A DNA stretch of 64,000 nt from Candidatus Nomurabacteria bacterium (lineage in GTDB: Bacteria; Patescibacteriota; Patescibacteriia; HK-STAS-PATE-3): contig CP060223.1 in the NCBI GenBank assembly GCA_023898465.1, positions 608,001 to 672,000 on the forward strand, given 5' to 3'. Below, in pieces: positions 9,982 through 17,965 of the stretch. Position 1 is the stretch's first letter; every line of letters starts with the position of its first letter. A program made the translations under genes and the position numbers. The notes beneath the pieces are model-generated. The model made no database searches, was not told the DNA's origin, and worked only from the letters and a program-made list of their open reading frames with translations.

Positions 9982-11079
9982 TTAAGCAGTACGATATACA
10001 CTTATATCGGCTAACACCGACAGCATGCTAGCACAATCAGCATCAATGTGTCGACTTTTTTGTAAAACTTGCTTGGCTTTCTCGGCCTGCGCATTTGCCA
10101 TGCTCTGCACCTCTTCCAGCGCCTTTGTCTTCCCGATAATGCGACGGACCTCTTTTATCTCTGTCTGCGTACGAACTGATTTTGCAAAAAGCGCATCAAG
10201 ATTCTGTCTATCTCGCTGTTTCAATTTTTTTCGGGCCCTTAAAATAATTTCGGTTACCTTCCCCTCTCGTATATCGTTCGAGGGTTTGCCACTGTGACGT
10301 TGCGGAGTAAAGCCCAATAAATCATCAGCTAATTGAAAACCAACGCCCACCGGGATCGCATAATGTTGAAGGTCTCGACGAGTCGCTGAATTCGCCCCTG
10401 CTAAAATTGCCCCCATGGTAAGTGGTAGCGAAAAAGTATATGAGGCAGTTTTCAGCTCTGCTATCGTCGTAATGACATTTTTATTTGTCCTATGCAACCA
10501 GGATTGCTCAATATCCATAAACTCGCCTACATAGGTTTCATGCTGAAGGCTTTTGAGTAAATACACAATCGCCTCCTGAAGCTTTTGAGCTGGCCAGCGC
10601 ATTAACATGAGATAGCGGAAAGCAAGTAGTGACGCATAATTTCCAGTAAACATTGCCATACTTACCCCTCGATGGTGTTTATCAGCACGGCTACCCGGAA
10701 TTGTCTTGCGAAAAGCCTCATGAACAGTTGATCCACCTCTACGAAATTCATCTCGATCAGCAATATCATCTAGGATAAGTAGGTAGTTATGCACTATCTC
10801 GATTACCGCAGCGAGTTGGGCTAGTTTTTTGGGAGCCCTCTTCCCTGTGCTTTCGTAGCCCAAATACACCAACATCGCGCGAACTCGTTTACTTGCCGGA
10901 CGCATAGTAAATTCCCTAAGCAGGTGAAAGCCTTGCTGAAGCGTTGGAGAATGCACTTTTTGCATGTGCACTGACTCGGCCTGAAAAATTTGTTTCAGGG
11001 CTTGATCAGTCTCTTGTCGAATGCGTATTTGCTTTTGCTTGAATCTGAGGGCAGCAGATGAATCTGATCGTGTGCTCAC
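9982..11079 (-). CDS. trans-Polyprenyl diphosphate synthase (FPP/GGPP-type)
   Basis: It has the first DDxxD motif (LILDDIADRD) and the second (FQLADDLLG). Confidence 0.8.
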   Translation of the reverse strand: MSTRSDSSAALRFKQKQIRIRQETDQALKQIFQAESVHMQKVHSPTLQQGFHLLREFTMRPASKRVRAMLVYLGYESTGKRAPKKLAQLAAVIEIVHNYLLILDDIADRDEFRRGGSTVHEAFRKTIPGSRADKHHRGVSMAMFTGNYASLLAFRYLMLMRWPAQKLQEAIVYLLKSLQHETYVGEFMDIEQSWLHRTNKNVITTIAELKTASYTFSLPLTMGAILAGANSATRRDLQHYAIPVGVGFQLADDLLGFTPQRHSGKPSNDIREGKVTEIILRARKKLKQRDRQNLDALFAKSVRTQTEIKEVRRIIGKTKALEEVQSMANAQAEKAKQVLQKSRHIDADCASMLSVLADISVYRTA

Positions 11080-11118
11080 AATGAATCTTGCTAATTACTA
11101 ATTTTTATTTCCCTTCCC

Positions 11119-11195
11119 TGGTCGGGGTGGGGAGACTCGAACTCCCGACCTCAGCGACCCGAACGCTGCGCGCTAGCCAACTGCGCTACACCCCG
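11119..11195 (-). tRNA. tRNA-Pro (anticodon CGG)
   Basis: I folded the reverse complement by hand. The acceptor stem is CGGGGTG/CACCCCG. The D-arm is GCGC-AGTTGGCTA-GCGC. The anticodon stem CAGCG/CGCTG carries the loop TTCGGGT. The T-arm is GGGAG-TTCGAGT-CTCCC and CCA is encoded. Confidence 0.8.
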
Positions 11196-11298
11196 AACAG
11201 AGAGAGAAAGGGCTCAAATAAGCCATATGCAAATCAACCAGCACATCCTAGCAACCCTAGCTCAAATGGTCAAAATGACCCAAAACTCAAGCTCTGGG

Positions 11299-11997
11299 CT
11301 AGAAGGAGAAACTCTGGGCAGTATCCTCAAAAATCTGATACTCGCTTGTGTCAGGCGCAAAATCAGTCAGCAGCACAAAAGTGTAGGCTCCTCGACTCAC
11401 GACATAACCGCGTTGTTCGCCATCAATACTTAGCATATGTGCATTTAACTGCACTTGGACGCCTAGGCTCTCGGTGTCATCAAGCTGAATGTAAGCGCGG
11501 TCGGAAAATTCTGCTTCTATTGCACTGGTCGGAAATACCTGCACCGCAAAGACTCGCCTATCCCCTGAACGGAGCGACCACTCGCTATACAAATTTCCCG
11601 AGACTGTGCTTGAGGCCACTGCAGTCAAATCTGTAGCCTGCGGGCCATACAATACTGAATAACCAAATTCAGGATTACGATAGGCGTTATCTGGTAATGA
11701 ACTTGAGGTGTCGACCGTGCTTGGCGTTGAGGTATCATCAACAGTCGTATTAGTATTTGCGCTATCGATGTTAAGGTTTTGATTGGCTGCTGTATTGGTA
11801 TTTGAAGTGTTTGCTACATTACCGTTTTCATTCGCAGCGTCTTGCGCTGGTCGCAAAACAAAATAATACAAAGCCCCAGCCGCAGCTACTGCCACAATCA
11901 AAATAAGCGTTATCACAAGAGGACTCATGGAGTGATGAGTCGTGTTTTGAGACTGCTGACCTGTTTGATTTGCCATATTCCCCCTACGATACCCCAT
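11299..11997 (-). CDS. Hypothetical membrane-anchored protein with Asn/Thr-rich low-complexity linker
   Basis: It has an N-terminal TM helix, a low-complexity N/T linker and a C-terminal globular region. I recognised no family. Confidence 0.4.
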   Translation of the reverse strand: MGYRRGNMANQTGQQSQNTTHHSMSPLVITLILIVAVAAAGALYYFVLRPAQDAANENGNVANTSNTNTAANQNLNIDSANTNTTVDDTSTPSTVDTSSSLPDNAYRNPEFGYSVLYGPQATDLTAVASSTVSGNLYSEWSLRSGDRRVFAVQVFPTSAIEAEFSDRAYIQLDDTESLGVQVQLNAHMLSIDGEQRGYVVSRGAYTFVLLTDFAPDTSEYQIFEDTAQSFSF

Positions 11998-12040
11998 TAA
12001 TTAATACTGCTTTATTATAGCAGAATGGTCATTCATGGGT

Positions 12041-12751
12041 CTACTCAAGGCTAGGTTGTAACCATTGCTCGGTCTTAATCACCTCTCTATTAAGCCCTAT
12101 TTCAACAAGTAAGCGAATAAAGCTTTGGACAAATTCCGGAGATCCACATAAGAAACATTCACTCTCCGTTAAATCCGGCACAAGTGCTAATAGACGCTCT
12201 TTTGTAAATCTTCCCAGTTCCCAATTCCGAGCAGACTGACTCGCTCTGGTTAATGTAACTGCAACTCTTATATTTGACTGGTCTTGCTTCCAGGTGAGGA
12301 GCTCATCTTGAAAAATAACATCCTCCTCCTCTCGGGCGCTATAACAAAGTGTAATAGGCCCAACATCCTGGGCAGCTAGAGAACGAAGCATCGACCGAAC
12401 CGGAGCAATACCTGTACCGCCGACTAAAAAGAAAAGGGGTCGGTCAATTTTTTCAGGTAAGCGAAATTTTCCCATTGGTGCACTTAAATGCAAGGTGTCC
12501 CCCACTTTGGCATTGTGTAATGCAGTGGTTATCTTCCCGGTCTTCTCAACAGTAATTTCTAAATTACTATCACTTGGAGCGGATGAAAAAGAAAAAGGTC
12601 GAGCCGGGATTCCACTCTCAGGAACGCTTACCATGGTAAAGGCGCCTGGAACAAAAGTATAAGGCTGTTCTTCGATAAGTGACATGCCAATGGTTTTTAC
12701 CGTCGGCGTCTCCTGTCGCGTGCTAACGATTTTAACTGGGAAGGAATTCAT
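12041..12751 (-). CDS. FNR-like oxidoreductase, FAD/NAD(P)-binding domain
   Basis: It has the flavin-binding motif RPFSFSS and the NAD-binding motif FLVGGTGIAPVRSML. It has no Fe-S Cys cluster. Confidence 0.6.
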   Translation of the reverse strand: MNSFPVKIVSTRQETPTVKTIGMSLIEEQPYTFVPGAFTMVSVPESGIPARPFSFSSAPSDSNLEITVEKTGKITTALHNAKVGDTLHLSAPMGKFRLPEKIDRPLFFLVGGTGIAPVRSMLRSLAAQDVGPITLCYSAREEEDVIFQDELLTWKQDQSNIRVAVTLTRASQSARNWELGRFTKERLLALVPDLTESECFLCGSPEFVQSFIRLLVEIGLNREVIKTEQWLQPSLE

Positions 12752-13914
12752 GCTCGCCGCAGACTAAGTACGTTTGCTAAGAAAAGAAGACTGAGTAATC
12801 CGGAAAAAGTAAAAAGGAATGGAAGCGGTGCTACGCTAAGTAAAACAGCGGCCAACAATGGCGCAGTCACTTGCCCTAAGCCCATTGCAGAACGAAAAAC
12901 ACTTAATCGCTCTACATCACGCTCTCCAGCTCGGCGAAAAAAAGCCGCAAAGGTAATCTGCTCGATGAAGCTTGTTCCGATTACCCCGATAAATAATCCT
13001 GCAATAATCCAGGGAAGGCTCGGGCCAAAGCCATAAAGAAAGCCTACCACACTTAATATACTGAAACCGGTAATAAGAAATGCTCGCTCCCCTTTTTTAT
13101 CAGCCCATCGGCCGATTGGATACTCAAGCACCACCCATGGAATAGCTGACAAGGAATAGAGTAGACCAAGATTAGCCACTGATAATCCATGACTGGTGAG
13201 GAGTACTGGTAGGAAATACCAAGTAGCGTACAGAAAATACAAACCAAATAATGCAAAATAAATCCGGGCAAGCTCTCTTTCTCGAAAAAACATTTTCAGA
13301 GATGTCCAGAAATTTTCATTCTCTGTCACAACCACCTCATGGTCATATGGTCGAAGTTCAAAAAACAGAATAAAGGCGATAAGTGTTATTAACGCTGCGG
13401 CAACAAAAACCGCCGGAAGGTCAAATCGCGTAGCTACCGCGCCGCCAATAAAAGGTGCCAACACAACACCAAGGTTCACAAATACACCTAGCTTACCCTC
13501 ATTGCCTGAGAGATGCTGAGCGTCTGAATTATGTTTCACATATAAATGCACATTAAACCAGACAAGTGTTACCGCAAAGGTATACAGAGAAAAAATAACC
13601 ACCAAAACCACGATATGACCGATATATCCCATGAGGAACAAGGCGATCGTGGTAAGTCCTAGGAAAAAAATCAATGCTCGCTGCTCATGCAGCTTTCGAA
13701 TAATTCGACCACCTAATAAGTTGGCTACAATACTGACAGTGAAAGAGGCTGAAATGATTAACCCAACAAACTGAAGCGGAACAAGGGTTTTTAAGTAGAG
13801 TGCCAAAAAAGGCTCAATAGTTGCAATGCCCAGAGCTGTTAAAAAGCTCAACGCATAAATAGCCCCGAGAGGTTGAGTTGGACGCAGGCGAAACCGTAGG
13901 TGCATTCTCGACAT
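12748..13914 (-). CDS. MFS transporter
   Basis: It has about 12 predicted TM helices and an MFS-like loop (GRWADKKGER). The ORF is open up to 14049, but that extension would overlap the divergent LigT-like gene. A start at the internal Met (MSRMHLRF) is more plausible. Confidence 0.6.
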   Translation of the reverse strand: MSRMHLRFRLRPTQPLGAIYALSFLTALGIATIEPFLALYLKTLVPLQFVGLIISASFTVSIVANLLGGRIIRKLHEQRALIFFLGLTTIALFLMGYIGHIVVLVVIFSLYTFAVTLVWFNVHLYVKHNSDAQHLSGNEGKLGVFVNLGVVLAPFIGGAVATRFDLPAVFVAAALITLIAFILFFELRPYDHEVVVTENENFWTSLKMFFRERELARIYFALFGLYFLYATWYFLPVLLTSHGLSVANLGLLYSLSAIPWVVLEYPIGRWADKKGERAFLITGFSILSVVGFLYGFGPSLPWIIAGLFIGVIGTSFIEQITFAAFFRRAGERDVERLSVFRSAMGLGQVTAPLLAAVLLSVAPLPFLFTFSGLLSLLFLANVLSLRRA

Positions 13915-13990
13915 AACGATGGCATTGTAGCGAGAAGCGACTCGCCAAGCAAGTAGGAGGCACAACCCCACTATGCTATAGTCACCACAT

Positions 13991-14599
13991 ATGCACCACA
14001 ATACTATTGCCCTCGATATCGTACTTTTTCCACCGGAGGAAATCGCCAAAGAGGCAAAGTCTTACAATGAGGAATTGTTGCAGCAAAATCCAGCGGGTTT
14101 ATGTTTAGACGCCACACACCTTCCTCATATGACGCTTATGCAGCTCTATGCAAACTCTGAGAAGCTGCCCGACATAGTAGACAGTATTAGGACCATCAGT
14201 CATCAATTCCAAGCACTGCCTTTACGAATAAATGGCATCAAGGGAATAGCGTTAGAAAATGAACGTGCTTTTTTCCTTACATTGGACCCACAGCCAGAGC
14301 TCTTCCGACTCCACCGTGATCTCATGAATAAACTTCAAACGTATGAAGTAGCGACTGATGCAAAGGCATTTCTACTTGATGCGGATGAGGAAGCTCGACC
14401 GAGCACTCTAGCCTATACCAAAAACTTCCGTGAGCAGGTAAGTTTTGATCACTTTGATCCTCATATAACCATTGGAACTGGTGAACAAATAGACTTTCGC
14501 AACCCAATGGAATTCCTAGCTAGTCAACTAGCAATCTGTCATCTAGGAAATTTCAATACCTGCCGAAAAATACTTTGGGAAACCCAATTAGGTAGATAG
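13991..14599 (+). CDS. 2H phosphoesterase superfamily protein (LigT/2'-5' RNA ligase-like)
   Basis: It has two H-x-T-x motifs (LPHMTLMQ and DPHITIGT) at the characteristic spacing. Confidence 0.6.
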   Translation: MHHNTIALDIVLFPPEEIAKEAKSYNEELLQQNPAGLCLDATHLPHMTLMQLYANSEKLPDIVDSIRTISHQFQALPLRINGIKGIALENERAFFLTLDPQPELFRLHRDLMNKLQTYEVATDAKAFLLDADEEARPSTLAYTKNFREQVSFDHFDPHITIGTGEQIDFRNPMEFLASQLAICHLGNFNTCRKILWETQLGR

Positions 14600-14632
14600 T
14601 GCAGATGCCACGCTAAAGGAGACTGAAGCGAT

Positions 14633-15871
14633 TTAGCGCTTTCTTTGATGAAGAAGGAGTTTCCAGGATAGCTTCTCGGTATACTCCATTGAGCCAATGC
14701 GAAACATCGCAAAAGCAAGATACAGACCAATCACAATGTAGAGGAACACTGCAGCAACGCCTAGGAGTAATTCCCCTATTCCTATTGCATCCACTGATGA
14801 ACGGAATAAGAGAACGAGCGGTGCGGTGAATGGAAAAAAGCTAAAGAAGCGAGCAATAGATCCACCAGGATCAGTCGCTAAAATACTCGCGAGATAAATC
14901 GGCAGAATTGAAAGCATAATAAAGATCGAGGAAAACTGTTGCGCATCTCGATAGTTTGGCATTGCCGCACCCACGCCAACCATAATACTCGCAATGAAGA
15001 AGAAGCCGGAAAAAACAAAGTACAGAGCAATAAGTATTTGTCCAAAGGAAATGTGAACCATTGACCAATTAATGTCGATCAGGGTTGCACTAGACACCAT
15101 GCCAATAGCGAGAATAATAGCGCTCAGAGTGAGGAGTTGTGTAAGCGCCACTGCGGTGAGTCCAAGCAACTTCCCCCATAACAATGTCCGCATTGGCACG
15201 ATTGAGCGAACAATCTCAATCATGCGATTTTCCTTTTCCTCAGAAATACTCATCAACATATAACTTGAGGACATCATCACGAGCAGGAAGTATATTACGA
15301 CAGCCACGATCGGCAGAACCAAGCTCTCAATTCCTCCTTGCACAACATCGCCGTCTTTGTAGAGTGTATGCGTTACCGCTATATCACTGTTAAATAACTC
15401 TATTTCCTGGTTATCACCTACTTTAGAAAGTATGCTTTGCTTTAATAAGTTTTTTGCTAAGTCATCAAAACGCCCGCGAGTTGCAAAGCTGGTATCCTCA
15501 ACCACCAACTCAACTTGTTTCGTCTCAGTCACATTTGCAGGCACAATAATCGCTGCATCCGCCTGCTTGTCTTGAACTGCGCTCCGGGCAGCGCTTGCAT
15601 CCATCGTCGAAACAATGGCACCCTGATAGTACTCTGGAAGAATAATCCCTGACTCATCAACAACGAGTATCTCTTTAGCATTTTTTACTTGCTCTTGGAT
15701 TTTCTTTTCTGCTGAACTGGCCGAGAGAGTTGATACGAGTAAGAGCACTACATAGAGCGCCGGAATAAGGAATATGACTGCCCAAAAAGATTTTTTGCGA
15801 ACAATTTTCCACCACTCCCGAAACGCAATAATCCAAAGCTTAGATTGCATTGTCTTGTTGGATACGAACAA
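14633..15871 (-). CDS. ABC-2 type transporter permease (NatB-like, large extracytoplasmic loop)
   Basis: It has an N-terminal TM helix, a ~150 aa loop and five C-terminal TM helices. Its start overlaps the ATPase gene. Confidence 0.65.
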   Translation of the reverse strand: MFVSNKTMQSKLWIIAFREWWKIVRKKSFWAVIFLIPALYVVLLLVSTLSASSAEKKIQEQVKNAKEILVVDESGIILPEYYQGAIVSTMDASAARSAVQDKQADAAIIVPANVTETKQVELVVEDTSFATRGRFDDLAKNLLKQSILSKVGDNQEIELFNSDIAVTHTLYKDGDVVQGGIESLVLPIVAVVIYFLLVMMSSSYMLMSISEEKENRMIEIVRSIVPMRTLLWGKLLGLTAVALTQLLTLSAIILAIGMVSSATLIDINWSMVHISFGQILIALYFVFSGFFFIASIMVGVGAAMPNYRDAQQFSSIFIMLSILPIYLASILATDPGGSIARFFSFFPFTAPLVLLFRSSVDAIGIGELLLGVAAVFLYIVIGLYLAFAMFRIGSMEYTEKLSWKLLLHQRKR

Positions 15872-16781
15872 AAATTTCCTGCAATGAAGGTAGAGCTAAG
15901 GAAAAATGAGAAACTGCAACATTTTGCTCAATTAAATAGCGCAGCACACTCTCTGGATTTACTTCAGGGCGTAAGGTTAACCGCGCAGCATCATTACCAA
16001 GCTCCACTTCATACAATTCTGCATTCCTTGGAAAATCACCCTTATAGCGTACATCCACCATTCGCTCACCAAAGCTTTCCTTCACTTCTCGGACACCTCC
16101 GTAGAGGACGCGCTTGCCATTCTTTAACATAACTAATCGATCGGCAATCCGTTCTACCTCATCCATGAGGTGAGTAATGAAGACTATGGTACTCCCCTGC
16201 GCTTTTAATCCATCCAACAAATCCATAAGTAGTGATCGGTTCACAGGGTCTAAGCCGCGGGTCGGCTCATCAAGTATGAGCAACTTTGGCTGATTAAGTA
16301 TGGCAATGCCTAGCTGTACCTTTTGCTGCTGTCCAGAAGAGAGACGCTTAATGCGCTCGTTCTTCTTATCAATCAGACCCACACGCTCTAAATATTCTTC
16401 GCTCTGCTTCTTAGCTTCCATTGAGCTCATCCCTCGCAGCTCGCCAAAATACTTGAGCGTCTCATATACACTCGCATCTGAATACAACCCCCGCTCCTCT
16501 GGGAGATAACCAACTTTCGGTGCCAGGGCTGGACCATAGTCTTGGTCAAAAATCCTCATGACACCCTTACTCGGCGTAAGTAAACCTAAGAGGCAACGAA
16601 TAGTCGTTGTCTTACCTGATCCGTTTGCACCGAGAAAAGCAAAGGTCTCTCCTGCGCCAACCTCAAAAGAGAGGTCACGAACAACCTCTTTTGATCCAAA
16701 TGATTTTGCAAAACCTTCGATGCGAATAACTGAATCACTCATATGCTTCCACGCTTCACCGTAACAAGCATAGCCTAACAA
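15840..16781 (-). CDS. ABC transporter ATP-binding protein (NatA-like)
   Basis: It has Walker A (GANGSGKTT), the ABC signature (LSSGQQQKVQL) and Walker B (LLILDEP). Confidence 0.85.
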   Translation of the reverse strand: MLGYACYGEAWKHMSDSVIRIEGFAKSFGSKEVVRDLSFEVGAGETFAFLGANGSGKTTTIRCLLGLLTPSKGVMRIFDQDYGPALAPKVGYLPEERGLYSDASVYETLKYFGELRGMSSMEAKKQSEEYLERVGLIDKKNERIKRLSSGQQQKVQLGIAILNQPKLLILDEPTRGLDPVNRSLLMDLLDGLKAQGSTIVFITHLMDEVERIADRLVMLKNGKRVLYGGVREVKESFGERMVDVRYKGDFPRNAELYEVELGNDAARLTLRPEVNPESVLRYLIEQNVAVSHFSLALPSLQEIFVRIQQDNAI

Positions 16782-16803
16782 AACAGACCGAAAGATTCAA
16801 GTA

Positions 16804-17178
16804 CTAGACGCCGAGTTTCGTTTTCACTTTTTCAACTAAATCTTCTAGCTTCCAGTCTGCCTTTACGAGAAAATCAAAAACCTTATTCTCAAGCGCTTTC
16901 TGCACTTTGTCAGCATCATTTAAGTTGGTCAACATCATAACCGGCACGTCGCTCCCCCACTCATCATCCCGTAATTGTGACAACATGGTAATCCCATCCA
17001 TCTTAGGCATGACAATATCGAGCAGAATGAGGTCAGGATGTTCCTGCATTGCTACTGATAGTCCCTGTATACCATCACTAGCTCGAAGCACTGTAAACTT
17101 TTCATGCTCTAACTTATCACCGAGTGCCCGAAGTAATGCTGAATCATCTTCAACAACGAGAATTTTTTTTACTGGCAT
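16804..17178 (-). CDS. Stand-alone REC-domain response regulator (paralog 1)
   Basis: It carries ILVVEDD, the phospho-acceptor Asp in LILLDIVMPKMDG, Thr/Ser in LTNL and Lys in DFLVK. It is 124 aa with no output domain. Confidence 0.85.
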   Translation of the reverse strand: MPVKKILVVEDDSALLRALGDKLEHEKFTVLRASDGIQGLSVAMQEHPDLILLDIVMPKMDGITMLSQLRDDEWGSDVPVMMLTNLNDADKVQKALENKVFDFLVKADWKLEDLVEKVKTKLGV

Positions 17179-17180
17179 AA

Positions 17181-17555
17181 TTATTTTAACCCTTCCTTAA
17201 TTTTTTTAATTATATCTTCTAAAGTCCATTCTGATTTCACTATAAACTGACTCACCCCGCCGGCGATTGCCTTATCTTTTTCCCCGGCATAATCTAAATT
17301 GGTCAATATCATGACTTTGACATTTTTACCCCAATCATCCTCACGGAGTTTTTCCAACATTGTCATCCCGTCCATCTTAGGCATGACAATATCGAGCAGG
17401 ATGAGATCGGGATGTTTACTAAAGGCAACATTTAAACCCGCCATACCATCAGGAGCCTCCAAGCAAGTGTACTTTTCTTTTGACAACTTTTGACAAAGCG
17501 CCTGACGAATTGACGGATCATCCTCGATAACCAGTATTGTTTTTGTACTCTGCAT
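17181..17555 (-). CDS. Stand-alone REC-domain response regulator (paralog 2)
   Basis: It is about 60% identical to paralog 1, with the same motifs (ILVIEDD, LILLDIVMPKMDG, LTNL and FIVK). Confidence 0.85.
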   Translation of the reverse strand: MQSTKTILVIEDDPSIRQALCQKLSKEKYTCLEAPDGMAGLNVAFSKHPDLILLDIVMPKMDGMTMLEKLREDDWGKNVKVMILTNLDYAGEKDKAIAGGVSQFIVKSEWTLEDIIKKIKEGLK

Positions 17556-17557
17556 AG

Positions 17558-17956
17558 TTACTCCTTAAGGTCTAACGAGCGCTCGATTGCATCGACAATT
17601 GCATCGAGTCGATGGTCGGTTTTAGTGAAATAATTTTGAATACCAAGTTGAAGATAGGCTTTTTGCGCATCAGCACTTGCAGTATTTGAAACGACAAAAA
17701 CTGGGATATTTTTCCAGCGGGAATCTTCAGCCTTTATCTTTGCCAGGAAATGAAGGCCATTATCACTTCCTAATAAATAATGATCTAGCCAAATCACATC
17801 AATACGATCAATCTCTTCAATGTAATGCAAGGCCTGTTCAGATGTTCGGGCGCATACTACAGAAAAATCTCGACTTTCAAGTTTTTTTTGGATTGCGCTG
17901 GCGAGAGGGCGCTCATCCTCAACTACAAGTATAACCTTATCAATTTTTTGTACCAT
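17558..17956 (-). CDS. Stand-alone REC-domain response regulator (divergent paralog 3)
   Basis: It carries ILVVEDE, an Asp in VIWLDHYL, Ser/Thr in VVSNT and Lys in YFTKT. It is 132 aa. Confidence 0.75.
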   Translation of the reverse strand: MVQKIDKVILVVEDERPLASAIQKKLESRDFSVVCARTSEQALHYIEEIDRIDVIWLDHYLLGSDNGLHFLAKIKAEDSRWKNIPVFVVSNTASADAQKAYLQLGIQNYFTKTDHRLDAIVDAIERSLDLKE

Positions 17957-17965
17957 AGCGTAATA

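Noticed and set aside
11088-11636. 182-aa plus-strand ORF starting inside tRNA-Pro
   Set aside because: It overlaps the tRNA and the 3' end of a convincing minus-strand gene, and it has low-complexity Arg/Gln-rich content.
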